From Candidatus Sulfopaludibacter sp. SbA3 (GTDB lineage Bacteria; Acidobacteriota; Terriglobia; Bryobacterales; Bryobacteraceae), in contig CAMATG010000001.1 of assembly GCA_945860645.1 (NCBI GenBank), positions 1-51,810 on the forward strand: a stretch of 51,810 nucleotides of DNA, given 5' to 3'. The notes beneath the pieces are model-generated. The model saw only the letters and a program-made list of their open reading frames with translations. It was not told the origin of the DNA and searched no databases. Positions 30,001 through 39,146 of the stretch are shown piece after piece. Made by a program: the position numbers and the translations under genes. How positions within the stretch are numbered: the stretch's first letter is position 1; each line of letters begins with the position of its first letter.

Positions 30001-30401
30001 AGCAAGCCGGTGCCGGGAAGCATGGCAACGCCGGCGGCGCTGGCGAGTTCCCGGGCGCGGTGCTTCAGGCCGAAGTCGATCATCTGTTGCGGCGTGGGCC
30101 CGATGAAGGCGAGGCCCGCGTTTTCGCAGGCTTCGGCGAAGGCGGCGTTTTCGCTGAGGAAGCCGTAGCCGGGGTGGATGGCTTCGGCGCCGGACTGCTT
30201 GGCGGCGGCGAGAACGGCGTCAACGTCAAGATAGCCGCGTGGGCCACCGACGGAGACGGCTTCGTCGGCCTGGCGCACGAAGAGAGATTCGGTGTCGACT
30301 TCAGAGTGGATGGCGACGCTCTCCACGCCCATCTGGCGCAGGGTGCGAATGATGCGGCTGGCAATGGCGCCGCGGTTGGCGATGAGGACTTTCTTAAACA
30401 T
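27045..30401 (-). CDS. urea carboxylase family enzyme (possibly guanidine carboxylase)
   Basis: N-terminal biotin carboxylase ([20 protein letters not shown]..), central carboxyltransferase/allophanate-hydrolase-subunit-like region, and C-terminal biotinyl motif EAMKME. 1118 aa. Confidence 0.9.
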   Translation of the reverse strand: MFKKVLIANRGAIASRIIRTLRQMGVESVAIHSEVDTESLFVRQADEAVSVGGPRGYLDVDAVLAAAKQSGAEAIHPGYGFLSENAAFAEACENAGLAFIGPTPQQMIDFGLKHRARELASAAGVAMLPGTGLLEHAKDAAVVGFPLMLKSTAGGGGIGMRVCHSREELEEAFEAIQRLSQSNFKQTGIYAERFVEKARHIEVQIFGDGNGHVVALGERDCSAQRRNQKVVEETPAPGISSTARESLKAAAVRLGELVSYRNAGTVEFIYDETRGEFYFLEVNTRLQVEHGVTEEVTGVDLVEWMVRLAAGESPIREVTPCGASIQVRVYAESPLHDFRPCAGPLSHVEFPKDARVETWVESGTEVSTFYDPLVAKIIVNGASRAEAVAKLRQALAETVIAGIETNVDYLRAVVGSDAFASGTFPTSLLRNFDYQTRAIEVLEPGTQTTVQDFPGRLGYWHIGVPPSGPIDDKAFRIANEIVGNAPDAAGLEMSLIGPTLKFHHDAVIAATGADMGIPRWQPLFVKAGETIRFTPVNGAGARGYLAIRGGIDVPLYLGSRATFILGKFGGRHLRAGDLLRFSTTTIAEPAPCQNPPEYGKEWQIGVTYGPHGAPDFFTEEDIGMFFSHDWRVHYNSDRTGIRLLGPKPQWARKDGGEAGLHPSNIHDNAYAVGTVDFTGDMPIILGPDGPSCGGFVCPATIVKDELWKMGQLKAGDTVRFVRVNNEPAILRGEAPGVVIRADGDQNLLVEFGPNQLDFELSFAAHSLRRQLEGTPGIIDLTHGIRSLQIHYDNTKISRDELFARIDDAQAHPLTSVPSRKVYLPLSWDDPATRLAIEKYMQGVRADAPWCPWNIEFIRRINGLESVDDVFRTVFEASWLTLALGDVYLGAPVATPIDPRHRLVTTKYNPARTWTAENSVGIGGAYLCVYGMEGPGGYQFVGRTTQMWKTHRQPKPWLLDFFDRLQFYPVSAEELLKLRADPNFTPRIEEGEFNLAEHQAFLKSIEAETLAFQTKRDQSFREERDRWGEYIAPALDDLPPPPEDALPEGATAVRSPIAASVWAVPGETGQHVKAGDKLIVLEAMKMELAITAPSAGELIEMRCTPGAMVQPGQVLAVLR

Positions 30402-31003
30402 TATTCCGTTACCACCAGCCTGATCGGGGTGGGATTGTAGGCGTTGCAGGGGTTGTTCAGCTGCGGGCAGTTGGAAATCAGGACCAGCGTGTCCATGTTG
30501 GCGTACAGGTCCAGATATTTGCCGGGCGCGGAGAGGCCATCCTCGAACGTCAATTTGCCTTCGGGCGTGACGGGCACGTTCATGAAGAAGTTGATGTTGT
30601 GGGCGATGTCGCGCTTGTCGAGACCGGCGGCGAGGCCGTACTTCAGGAACGTCTGGCGGCAGGCGTGCATGTAGCGTTTGCCGATGTCGTAGCGCACCAT
30701 GTTGGACTCCTGGGAGCAGGCGCCGCCGAGGGTGTCGTGGCGGCCGCAGAGGTCCTCGGTGATGGTCATCAGCACGTTGCCGTTTTGCGACATCAGCTTG
30801 GTGCCCTTGGTGAGGTAGATGTTGCCCTGGGCGGTGATGGTGTCGACGGCGGAGTAGCGATCGGTGAAATCGTGGGCGTTGTAGAGAAGCGTGTCGGCGG
30901 CCTGATTGCCTTCCAGATCGATCATGCGCATCGTCTGGCCCTTCTTCACAACGCCGCTGAAGCCGTCGCCGGCCAGCACGGTGACATCCAATATCGTACT
31001 CAT
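30401..31003 (-). CDS. urea carboxylase-associated DUF1989 protein, second paralogue (CgdB-like)
   Basis: Located immediately upstream of the carboxylase (TAATG overlap). ATG at 31003 overlaps the upstream stop (ATGA). Homologous to the preceding gene product. Confidence 0.8.
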   Translation of the reverse strand: MSTILDVTVLAGDGFSGVVKKGQTMRMIDLEGNQAADTLLYNAHDFTDRYSAVDTITAQGNIYLTKGTKLMSQNGNVLMTITEDLCGRHDTLGGACSQESNMVRYDIGKRYMHACRQTFLKYGLAAGLDKRDIAHNINFFMNVPVTPEGKLTFEDGLSAPGKYLDLYANMDTLVLISNCPQLNNPCNAYNPTPIRLVVTE

Positions 31004-31713
31004 CGGCAGCACCTCGCGGTCAGTTCAAAGCCGCGTCCGTTTTCGGGCCGGGACACGCGGCAGATATCATCGGGGCCCGGGGGCGGTACGCGTTTTACGG
31101 TGACCTTGACGGGCTTGGGCGCGTAGGCGCCGCCGGGCTCCATAGCGTGGTGGTTGGCGGAGAGGAGGATCAACACCTTCATCTCGGCCCGCAATTCCAC
31201 GAAGTCTTCGGCTTTGGAATTGCCCGGGATGTACTTCATCGCGCCGGTCTCATCCACCTGCACTTTGCTGAATAAATTCAAGGTCGGGGTGAGGTCACGC
31301 GAGCCCAGGCCGTACTTGGCCAGTTCCAGCAGCAGACCTTCTTTGGAAGCCTGGGTCCAGTCGTTGCGGTACTGCTGGTAGGGCTTTTCGCCGTACTTGG
31401 ATTCCACTTGGGCGGCGGTGAGGGTGCCACCGATGGGGTCGTGCCAGCCCACCGAATCGTCGGTGATGGAGCACAGGATGCGGCCCATGTCGGAATAGAG
31501 CACGAAGCCCTTGGTGAGCCGGGCGATGTGCTGCGCCTTCAGCGTGTCGGGCATGTTGTAGCGCTCTTCGGGTTGGAGGGCGTTATAGAAGAGGGCGCTG
31601 ACATTAGCGCCCCCCTCTGTGTCCGTCAACCGCAGCGCCATGCCGGGTTCCAGTACATGCGACCAGGTCTGGCCGCCGTGGAGCAGGTCTTCCCACAGGA
31701 TAGTTTCACTCAT
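31000..31713 (-). CDS. urea carboxylase-associated DUF1989 protein, first paralogue (CgdA-like)
   Basis: ATG at 31713 ([21 protein letters not shown]..). The ORF-track N-terminal extension is Arg-rich and overlaps the upstream gene. Confidence 0.8.
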   Translation of the reverse strand: MSETILWEDLLHGGQTWSHVLEPGMALRLTDTEGGANVSALFYNALQPEERYNMPDTLKAQHIARLTKGFVLYSDMGRILCSITDDSVGWHDPIGGTLTAAQVESKYGEKPYQQYRNDWTQASKEGLLLELAKYGLGSRDLTPTLNLFSKVQVDETGAMKYIPGNSKAEDFVELRAEMKVLILLSANHHAMEPGGAYAPKPVKVTVKRVPPPGPDDICRVSRPENGRGFELTARCCR

Positions 31714-31721
31714 GACTTTCG

Positions 31722-32714
31722 CTACGGAGCGATCTTCGCTACGTCTAACCTCCATATGTTCTGTTCGCGCAGGTTCGAGAGCCACACGGCGCCGTGGGCA
31801 AAGAGAATGGCGTCGCCGCCGGGGCCGGCGTATTGATGGGTCACTTTGTCGGTCTTGGCGTCGATGCGGGTGATGGGGATCTGGAACATCGTGATCCACA
31901 CCGCGCCGCCGCCGGCGGAGATTTCGCCGCCGCCGCCGGGCAGGCCGCATTGAATGGTGGCGACCACCTTTTTGGTCTTCGGATCTACTTTCGAGACGGT
32001 GCCGTCGCCCTGGTTGAGGGTCCAGACGAAACCTTCTCCATAGGTCAAGAAGCGCGGGCCGGGTCCGACTTCGATTTTATCAGTCACCTTGTTGGACTTC
32101 GCGTCGATGCGGGTGAGCAGGTTGCCTTTGGACTGGGTGACCCAGATGGCGCCATCACCGTAGTCGACGGTGTGTGACCCGGCGGGGATGGCGATTTCGG
32201 CGATGACCTTGTTTCTCTTCGGATCGATGCGGACGACCTTGTCGCCGTCGGCTCCGGTTGCCATCCAGACGGCGTCTTTCGAAGTAGTGATGCCGCCTTC
32301 GGAGTTGGCCGGGCCGATGGGTATGTTGGCGACGACTTTGTTGGTCTTTTCGTCTACGCGGGCGATGGTTTTATCGCCGCAAGTGGGCGCCCAGATGCTG
32401 CCGAAGCCGTAGGCGATGCCGCTGCAGGGCTGTTTGCCCACTTCAACGGTGGCGGTGACGGTGTTGGTCTTGGGGTCCAGTTTGGAGATGGTGCCTTTGG
32501 GCTTGTTGGAAACCCAGACGGCGTCTTTGGTAGCGATGGTCCAGTCGGGCACTCCGGGAACGGGGAACACGAATTCCGGCTTCACGACGTCCATCGGTTT
32601 CTGTACTTCTTTGACGCCGGGGAGCGGGGGACGGGGAGAACGTTTTTTCTTCGGAGCGTCTTGGGCCTGCGCGCAGAGCGCGGCGGCGGTCATCAGAATT
32701 ACGGCGTATCGCAT
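31722..32714 (-). CDS. secreted beta-propeller repeat protein (YVTN/Vgb-like)
   Basis: ATG at 32714 with GAGGA 6 nt upstream. Signal peptide MRYAVILMTAAALCAQA. Repeated units of about 40 aa: ..VW....G.+.RID.KTNKV...I.VG. Paralogue of the 38024-39034 product. Confidence 0.75.
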   Translation of the reverse strand: MRYAVILMTAAALCAQAQDAPKKKRSPRPPLPGVKEVQKPMDVVKPEFVFPVPGVPDWTIATKDAVWVSNKPKGTISKLDPKTNTVTATVEVGKQPCSGIAYGFGSIWAPTCGDKTIARVDEKTNKVVANIPIGPANSEGGITTSKDAVWMATGADGDKVVRIDPKRNKVIAEIAIPAGSHTVDYGDGAIWVTQSKGNLLTRIDAKSNKVTDKIEVGPGPRFLTYGEGFVWTLNQGDGTVSKVDPKTKKVVATIQCGLPGGGGEISAGGGAVWITMFQIPITRIDAKTDKVTHQYAGPGGDAILFAHGAVWLSNLREQNIWRLDVAKIAP

Positions 32715-34123
32715 AGGAGTTCCTCGTTGTTTTCTGCCGTGGACGGTTCGGTCAGCAGGCTGCCGGCAACGAAGGCAACAGCGCTCAATACGGGTGGGAG
32801 AAGGGTGTCGAGCCCGGCCCATTCGGGCGGGACCACGAAATAGCAGATGCCGCGGGCGATGGTTCCCGCGAGGATACTGGCCAGAGCGCCAGCCTGTGTG
32901 GCGCGGGCCCAGTAGACGCCCAGGAACAGCGGAATCACACAGCCGGCGAAGACGATGTCGAAGGCGACGACTAGTAGAATGCCGGGTTCAGGCCGGACGT
33001 AGGCGATCCAGGCGGCGGCGATGGCCGTCGGCAATGCCAACGCGCGGGAGAGGAAGAGCATTGTTTCATCGGTGACCTTTTTCGTGCTCCAGCGCTGCCA
33101 CACGTTGCGGGCCATGACGACGGAGATGACGAGCATGGCGCCGTTGGCGGTGGACATCGATGCGCCCATGACGCCGACGAAGACCATGACGCCGATCCAG
33201 TAGGGTAGATGGGTGCTGGCGAAGATGGGGAGCACCATGCGCGGGTCCTCCACTGTGCCGATGGCGGAGATGGCGGCCATGCCGAGGAGAGAGGCGGAAA
33301 GGCCGATGACCATGGTCCAACCGGCGGCGTAGTAGCAGGCCTTTTTCGCGGTTTCCGGGGATTTGGCGGAGAAGACGCGCTCCATGAAGTCCAAGGCCAT
33401 GGCGTTGCCGAAGGCGAGGGAGATGATGTTGGCCCAGTTGGCCAGGCCACCACCGGAGAGGGTGGTGAGCTGGCTGATGTTGAGCGTAGCGGGCGGCAGG
33501 GCCGCGGTGATCGGGCCCCAGCCGCGGGTATATAGAACGTAGGCGGCGGCGCAGACGAAGCCGATGATGGCGACATGGATTTGGAAGAAGTCGGTCCAGA
33601 TGGCGGCGTAGAGGCCGCCGGCCACCGTGTAGAGCAGGATGACCGTGGTGCCGATAGCCAGGCATTGGCCGTAGCTCAAGCCGCTGACGACGGAGAGGAT
33701 CCAGGCGACGGCGGAGAGGTTGCCGGCGACGACGACGATGAAGCAGAGGATGGTCAGAATTGACGCAAGTAACTCCGCAGTGCGGCCGTAGCGGCGGTAA
33801 AAGAACTCCGGAAGGGTGAGCAGGTCCATCTTGTTCAAGGGACCGGCGAGGAAGCGGCCGACGATGAGAAGGCTGGCGCACAGGCCGATTGGGATGGCTG
33901 CGCCGGCCCAGAAGCCTGTGGAAAAAGTGAGAGATGTGTTGCCGAGAGTGGCGTTGCCGTCGATGGCTTGCGCTGCCAACGCGGTTCCAACGACCAGAAA
34001 CGGCATGGACTTGCCGCAAACGGTGTATCGTTTGCTGGAACCCTGCACTTGCGTGTAGGTATAGAGACCAATGGCCAGCGAGATGGCCATAAAGATCACG
34101 ACCGGCCAAAGCATGCCTGTCAT
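32699..34123 (-). CDS. sodium:solute symporter family (SSS) transporter
   Basis: 474 aa, about 13 hydrophobic helices, typical SSS N-terminus. First gene of the carboxylase operon. Confidence 0.85.
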   Translation of the reverse strand: MTGMLWPVVIFMAISLAIGLYTYTQVQGSSKRYTVCGKSMPFLVVGTALAAQAIDGNATLGNTSLTFSTGFWAGAAIPIGLCASLLIVGRFLAGPLNKMDLLTLPEFFYRRYGRTAELLASILTILCFIVVVAGNLSAVAWILSVVSGLSYGQCLAIGTTVILLYTVAGGLYAAIWTDFFQIHVAIIGFVCAAAYVLYTRGWGPITAALPPATLNISQLTTLSGGGLANWANIISLAFGNAMALDFMERVFSAKSPETAKKACYYAAGWTMVIGLSASLLGMAAISAIGTVEDPRMVLPIFASTHLPYWIGVMVFVGVMGASMSTANGAMLVISVVMARNVWQRWSTKKVTDETMLFLSRALALPTAIAAAWIAYVRPEPGILLVVAFDIVFAGCVIPLFLGVYWARATQAGALASILAGTIARGICYFVVPPEWAGLDTLLPPVLSAVAFVAGSLLTEPSTAENNEELLCDTP

Positions 34124-34231
34124 GGAACTACCCCTTGAAATGAAGCCGGCTGATGACAGGGGCCGGGGATGGGGCTACGGGGACGAATCGCAGACGCTGC
34201 GGGGTGAATAAGGAGTATAGCTCTTTTCTAT

Positions 34232-34261
34232 TTGACTCCTTAAATCGAAATCTCTTATGAT
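34232..34261 (+). promoter_or_regulatory. candidate sigma-70 promoter for the TonB receptor operon
   Basis: TTGACT (34232-34237), 18 nt, TATGAT (34256-34261), inside the only AT-rich patch of the divergent intergenic region. Confidence 0.35.
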
Positions 34262-34377
34262 CCCCTTAACTGCTTTCGTCTAGTCACGAGAGATGTGTCC
34301 GCCTTGATGCGGCTCCCCTCACCGTCTGAGAATCGTGCGCTCCTGTCCGCGCAGAACGAATCTTAAGGGGAAAACAA

Positions 34378-37300
34378 TTGAAACGAATTACCTTGCTTCT
34401 CGCGGCAAGTCTACTGTCCTTATACGCTCAGAGCAGTTCGCTGCAGGGCGTAGTCACCGATCAACAGGGGGCCGCCATTACTGAAGCGGTCGTCAGTATT
34501 ACCAATATCGATACTTCCGCGGCTCGGAAGGTCATCGTCAACGCAACCGGAAGCTATTCGTTTTTGCAGGTGCCGCCGGGGACCTACAAGGTTGAAATCC
34601 AGCAGCCAGGGTTCCGGACGTACAACTCGAATGTACGGTTGGCCATCAATGTCCCGTCCACGCTGGACGTGAAGCTGGAACTCGGACAGGTGTCCGAAGT
34701 GGTCAATGTGAGTGAAGAAATGTCGCAGATCAACACGCAGAACGCGACGATCGGCAATGCGTTTTCGCAGGTGCAGGTGCGCCAGTTGCCGCTGCAGACC
34801 CGCAACGTCGTCGAACTGCTGAGCATTCAGCCGGGCGTGACGTCGACCGGTGAAGTGCTGGGCGCCAAGCGCGACCAGAACAACGTCACCCTGGACGGCG
34901 TGGACGTGAACGACAATCAGAACGCGGGCATGGCCAACACGGGATCCGCCGGATTGAACGCCGCGCTGCCGGTGCCGCTGGACAGCGTACAGGAATTCCG
35001 CGTGACCATCGCCGGTCAGGGCGCCGATCAGGGACGCTCGGCGGGTGGGCAGGTCTCGCTCGTCACCAAGAGTGGCTCCAACCAGTTTCACGGCACACTG
35101 TATGAGTTCCACCGCAACGTGAAGACCGCCGCCAACGATTGGTTCTCCAATCGCGCCGGCATCGCTCGCGAAGCGCTGATCCGGAATCAGTACGGCGCCT
35201 CGCTGGGTGGCCGTTTTGTTAAGGACCGCGTCTTCTTCTTTGTGAACTGGGAAGATCGCAAGGATCGTTCCGCTTCCGCGCAGTCGCGCAATGTGCCGAC
35301 GGAAACGTTGAAGCAGGGCATTGTGCAGTTCCGTTTGAACAACGGCACGATCGGCCAGTTGACCCCGGCCGAAGTGACGGCACTCGACCCGCTGAAGATT
35401 GGTTACAGCGCCGCGATGAAGAGCATTCTCGGCTCCTATCCGGTGGCGAACGATCTGGCTTCCGGTTCGGATCGCGGTTTGAACTTCGGTGTCTTCCGCT
35501 TCAACGCGCCGCTGACCCGCAACGACCGCGCCTATGTTTCGAAGATGGACTTCAACCTCGACCGCGCCGCCAAGCACACCCTGATGTTGCGCGGCACGCT
35601 GGCCGACAACTCCCGCAACGAAATTCTGGCGCAGTTCCCGGGCCAGGACGCGGCCGCGAAGGTTCTGGACAACTCCAAGGGTCTGGCTGCCCGCTACACG
35701 GCGGTGCTGACTCCCTCGCTCGTGAACGTTTTCAGCTATGGCTTCACCCGGCTCGGCATCGCCCAGTCCGGTGTTCCCGGCACGTCTATCGCCTTTGACG
35801 GCCTCTCCACTCTTCAGAACTTCGGGGCACGCGGTTTTGGCCGCATCATCCCGACCACCAACCTGGTGAACGACCTGACCTGGACAAAAGGCACGCACAC
35901 CGTGCAGGCGGGCATCAACTTCCGCCTGGTACAGAATGACCGCAACTCCTTTGCCAACTCTTTCCCCAGCTACAGCTTCAGCCGGAACACGCTACGCGGT
36001 CTGGGCGCCGACATCTCCGACCTCGTCAACGGGTACGTGAAACAGCGCTCCGGCAACTCCGCTCTGGCGTTGTCCGAAACGCAGCCGACACAGCGCGCCA
36101 TGGGCAACCTGTTCGGACTGATCAACAACTACAGCGCCACCTACAACTTTGGCCGCGACGGCAACGCAGTGCCCTTCGGCCAGCCGCTGGCACGCAGCTT
36201 CGGCACCCGCGAGTATGAGTTCTACCTGCAGGACGTCTGGAAGATGCGCCGCGACTTGACCGTGACCTACGGTCTCCGCTACGGCAGCTACCAGGTACCC
36301 TTCGAACGCAACGGCGTGCAGGTGGTTTCCACCACCGGTCTGGATACCTATCTGGCCGAGCGCGTGAAGGCTTCGCTGACCGGTGTCTCCGGCGCCGCCA
36401 TGCCGAACGCCGCATTGACGTATGCTCTGGGTGGCCCCGCCAACAATGGCCCGGGCTGGTACCAGCGCGACAACAACAACTGGGCGCCGCGCCTGAACCT
36501 GGCCTACGCGCCGGTGGCCGATGGCTTCTGGGGCAAGTTGTTCGGTAAGGGTTCCGTGGTTCGCGTTGGCGGTTCCATGCTGTACGACCGCTACGGTTCG
36601 GACATGGTGACCAACTTCGACCGCGCCGGTTCCCCGGGTCTGGCTTCTCCGGTGACACAGCCGCGGAACACCAACTTCACCGACTCCTTCCGTTACAACG
36701 GCAGCACGCTCCCGACGCTTCCCACCGTTGCCGGTGCGAAGTTCCCCTACACCCCGGCCACCATCGTCGGCGGTTTCGGCTCCTTCTCCGGCGTCTTCCC
36801 GGATCTGGTGGCGCCGTACTCGATGTTGCTCAACATGAGCTATGCCCGTCCGCTTCCCGGCAAGATGACGGTGGAAGTCGGTTACGTCGGTCGTCTGGGC
36901 CGCAAGCAGCTGGTACAGATGGACGTCTTCCAGCCGTTGACACAGTTCAAGGATCCGAAGTCGGGCCAGACCTGGGCGCAGGCCGCCTCCATCCTCCGCA
37001 ACTACAACCTGCAGGGGAAAAAGGCGAGCGAAATCCCGCCGGTCCCGTTCTTCGAAAACATGTTCCCCGGAGCCGCCGGTTACAGCATTCCCGGCACGGC
37101 TACCCAGAACTACTACGACGTGACCTACAACACCTATGACGGTTCCGATCTGGACGCACTCAACGATATGGATCGCGAACGCCAAGCCAATGGGCAGTGC
37201 ATTTCCGTGCTGGGTTGCAACACGTTCTTCGCGTTGCAGAACGCCGGCAACATTGCCTGGAGCAATGCCGGCCGCAGCTCCTTCCACGGTGGCCAGTTGG

Positions 37301-38034
37301 TTCTCCGCCGGCCGGTTTCGAACGGCTGGGGCTTCGACTTCAACTACACCCTGTCCCACTCCATCGATCTCGCGTCGACCGCCGAATCCGGGGCCGGCAC
37401 GGCCGGTGGCGTGATTCAGGACACGTTCAACGTCAACGCTTTCCGCGGTTCTTCGGACTTCGATCAGCGGCACAACATCACGGCCAACATGGTCGTGGAG
37501 CTGCCGTTCGGCAAAGGTAAGCAGTTCCTGAACGGATCCAACAAGTTCGTCAATCAGGTGCTTGGCGGCTGGCAGACCACGATGTTGTGGCGCTACCGTT
37601 CGGGCCTGCCGGTGAACATCTCCTACGGCGGTTCATACCCGACCAACTACCTGACCAGCGCGCTGGCGATTCTGAAGCCGGGCGTTTCGATGCCGGCCAA
37701 CAGCCCCGGCTACAACCAGAACGGCAACCCCAGCCTGTTCCGCACCACCATCGCCTCCGCTGATGCGTTTACGCAGCAGTACCCCGGCGGTACCGGCACG
37801 CGCGCCATCATGCGCGGCGCCGGCATGAGCAACTTCGATATCTCTTTGGGCAAGTTTTTCACTATGCCCTTTGAAGGTCATCGCATCCAGGTTCGCGCCG
37901 AGGCCTTCAACGCCTTCAACAACGTGAACTTCACAACCGCCAACCTCAGCGCCGCAAGCCCCTCCAGCTTCGGCCAGTTCACCGGCGTCATGGCTCCCCG
38001 CGTGATGCAGTTCGCTTTGCGTTATGAATTCTAA
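34378..38034 (+). CDS. TonB-dependent outer-membrane receptor with N-terminal carboxypeptidase-regulatory-like domain
   Basis: Signal peptide. SSLQGVVTDQQGAAITEAVVSITN..GSYSFLQVPPGTYKVEIQQPGF is the CarboxypepD_reg fold. A plug region, a long beta-barrel and a terminal aromatic residue (..FALRYEF) follow. TTG start with aagggg 7 nt upstream. Confidence 0.88.
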   Translation: MKRITLLLAASLLSLYAQSSSLQGVVTDQQGAAITEAVVSITNIDTSAARKVIVNATGSYSFLQVPPGTYKVEIQQPGFRTYNSNVRLAINVPSTLDVKLELGQVSEVVNVSEEMSQINTQNATIGNAFSQVQVRQLPLQTRNVVELLSIQPGVTSTGEVLGAKRDQNNVTLDGVDVNDNQNAGMANTGSAGLNAALPVPLDSVQEFRVTIAGQGADQGRSAGGQVSLVTKSGSNQFHGTLYEFHRNVKTAANDWFSNRAGIAREALIRNQYGASLGGRFVKDRVFFFVNWEDRKDRSASAQSRNVPTETLKQGIVQFRLNNGTIGQLTPAEVTALDPLKIGYSAAMKSILGSYPVANDLASGSDRGLNFGVFRFNAPLTRNDRAYVSKMDFNLDRAAKHTLMLRGTLADNSRNEILAQFPGQDAAAKVLDNSKGLAARYTAVLTPSLVNVFSYGFTRLGIAQSGVPGTSIAFDGLSTLQNFGARGFGRIIPTTNLVNDLTWTKGTHTVQAGINFRLVQNDRNSFANSFPSYSFSRNTLRGLGADISDLVNGYVKQRSGNSALALSETQPTQRAMGNLFGLINNYSATYNFGRDGNAVPFGQPLARSFGTREYEFYLQDVWKMRRDLTVTYGLRYGSYQVPFERNGVQVVSTTGLDTYLAERVKASLTGVSGAAMPNAALTYALGGPANNGPGWYQRDNNNWAPRLNLAYAPVADGFWGKLFGKGSVVRVGGSMLYDRYGSDMVTNFDRAGSPGLASPVTQPRNTNFTDSFRYNGSTLPTLPTVAGAKFPYTPATIVGGFGSFSGVFPDLVAPYSMLLNMSYARPLPGKMTVEVGYVGRLGRKQLVQMDVFQPLTQFKDPKSGQTWAQAASILRNYNLQGKKASEIPPVPFFENMFPGAAGYSIPGTATQNYYDVTYNTYDGSDLDALNDMDRERQANGQCISVLGCNTFFALQNAGNIAWSNAGRSSFHGGQLVLRRPVSNGWGFDFNYTLSHSIDLASTAESGAGTAGGVIQDTFNVNAFRGSSDFDQRHNITANMVVELPFGKGKQFLNGSNKFVNQVLGGWQTTMLWRYRSGLPVNISYGGSYPTNYLTSALAILKPGVSMPANSPGYNQNGNPSLFRTTIASADAFTQQYPGGTGTRAIMRGAGMSNFDISLGKFFTMPFEGHRIQVRAEAFNAFNNVNFTTANLSAASPSSFGQFTGVMAPRVMQFALRYEF

Positions 38035-39034
38035 ACAGTTCGCTTCCATCCTCCGGACCGCGACGGTGGCCAGCTTGCTGGCCGCCTCCGCGGCTCCTAA
38101 AGAGAACAAGAACGCGAAGAAACCGGCAGCTGGCGTGCAGACGCCCGGTATCCAGATCCCCTTCGCTTCCTTGAAGTCAGACGCCGAAATCAAACTGGAA
38201 GCGACGCCCTCGGGCGTCGCTTTCACTACGGAAGCATTGGTCGCGGCCGGGAACGCCGTGCAGCGGATCGACGCGAAGACCAATAAGCCCGGCGAAGCCA
38301 TCGCCGGTTTGAACGACGCCTGTGGCGGGTTGCTGAATGCGCTGTCGAATCTTTGGGTCGTAAACTGCGGCTCCAAGACGCTCGCCAAAGTGGACCTGAA
38401 GCCGGCGAAAATTGCCAAGACGATTGAGTCCGGCGCCGGAACCGCCTCGCCGGCGGTAGCCGCCAGCACCGATAGCCTCTGGATCCTCTCCGACGATAAA
38501 TCCACGCTGTCGCGGATTGATCCGAAGGAAGGCGCGGTGGTGGCGGAGGTTCGTCTGGCCACCGGTTGCAACTCGATTTTGTTCGCTGAAACATCGCTGT
38601 GGATTACCTGCCCCAGCGCGGACAAAGTGCTGCGTGTCGACCCGCGAACGAATCTGGTGGATAAGCGGATCGATGTTGCCGGGAAACCAAGCTCGGTGAC
38701 GTTTGGCGAAGGCTCCATCTGGGTACTGACGCAGAAAGACGGCAAGGTAGCGCAGATCGATCCGAAGACGAACAAAGTCACCGCGACGATCGAATTGAAC
38801 ATTCCCGAGGCGATCGGCAACATCGCTTTCGGAGACGGCTCGGTATGGGTTTCGGCTCCCGGATTCCCCATCACCCGCATCAATCCGGCCACCGCCAAAG
38901 TTGTGCAGCAGTTTGCTGGTGAGGGTGCGGGGCGGGTGTATTCGGGGCTTGGCTCGGTATGGCTGGCCAACCTGAAGACGAATACTCTGACGCGTTTTGA
39001 CCCCAAGCGGATCGCGGCGACGCTGGCTGACTAA
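38024..39034 (+). CDS. secreted beta-propeller repeat protein, paralogue of 31722-32714
   Basis: The start overlaps the TonB receptor stop by 11 nt. Same repeat signature (RIDAKTNK.., RVDPRTNLV.., QIDPKTNKVTATIE..) and a similar C-terminal blade. Confidence 0.75.
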   Translation: MNSKQFASILRTATVASLLAASAAPKENKNAKKPAAGVQTPGIQIPFASLKSDAEIKLEATPSGVAFTTEALVAAGNAVQRIDAKTNKPGEAIAGLNDACGGLLNALSNLWVVNCGSKTLAKVDLKPAKIAKTIESGAGTASPAVAASTDSLWILSDDKSTLSRIDPKEGAVVAEVRLATGCNSILFAETSLWITCPSADKVLRVDPRTNLVDKRIDVAGKPSSVTFGEGSIWVLTQKDGKVAQIDPKTNKVTATIELNIPEAIGNIAFGDGSVWVSAPGFPITRINPATAKVVQQFAGEGAGRVYSGLGSVWLANLKTNTLTRFDPKRIAATLAD

Positions 39035-39076
39035 CAGCCGGTCAGCCTCCTCTATTTCGGCTCATACAAAAGGCAA

Positions 39077-39109
39077 TCGGCGGCGGAGCATGGTGTGCTC
39101 CGCCGCCGA
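39077..39109. terminator. bidirectional terminator hairpin between convergent genes
   Basis: Perfect 14-bp stem tcggcggcggagca / tgctccgccgccga with loop tggtg. On the minus strand it is followed by ttgccttttgt. Confidence 0.65.
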
Positions 39110-39146
39110 CTGGTTCAAGCTTGCGGCAGGGTAGCCGCTTGCTGGG

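Noticed and set aside
34124-34377. Guanidine or other riboswitch in the leader of the SSS/carboxylase operon or of the TonB receptor gene. Also an 8-nt complement, ccccttaa (34262-34269) versus ttaagggg (34363-34370), that would mask the receptor SD.
   Set aside because: Reading both strands I saw no CUAGGGUUCCG / GGUCCGAGAG (ykkC) pattern, no paired ACGR-loop hairpins (mini-ykkC) and no ykkC-III-like motif. The 5' partner of the 8-nt pairing lies at or upstream of the transcription start implied by the TTGACT-18-TATGAT promoter, so it may not be transcribed. A covariance-model scan is needed to settle this.
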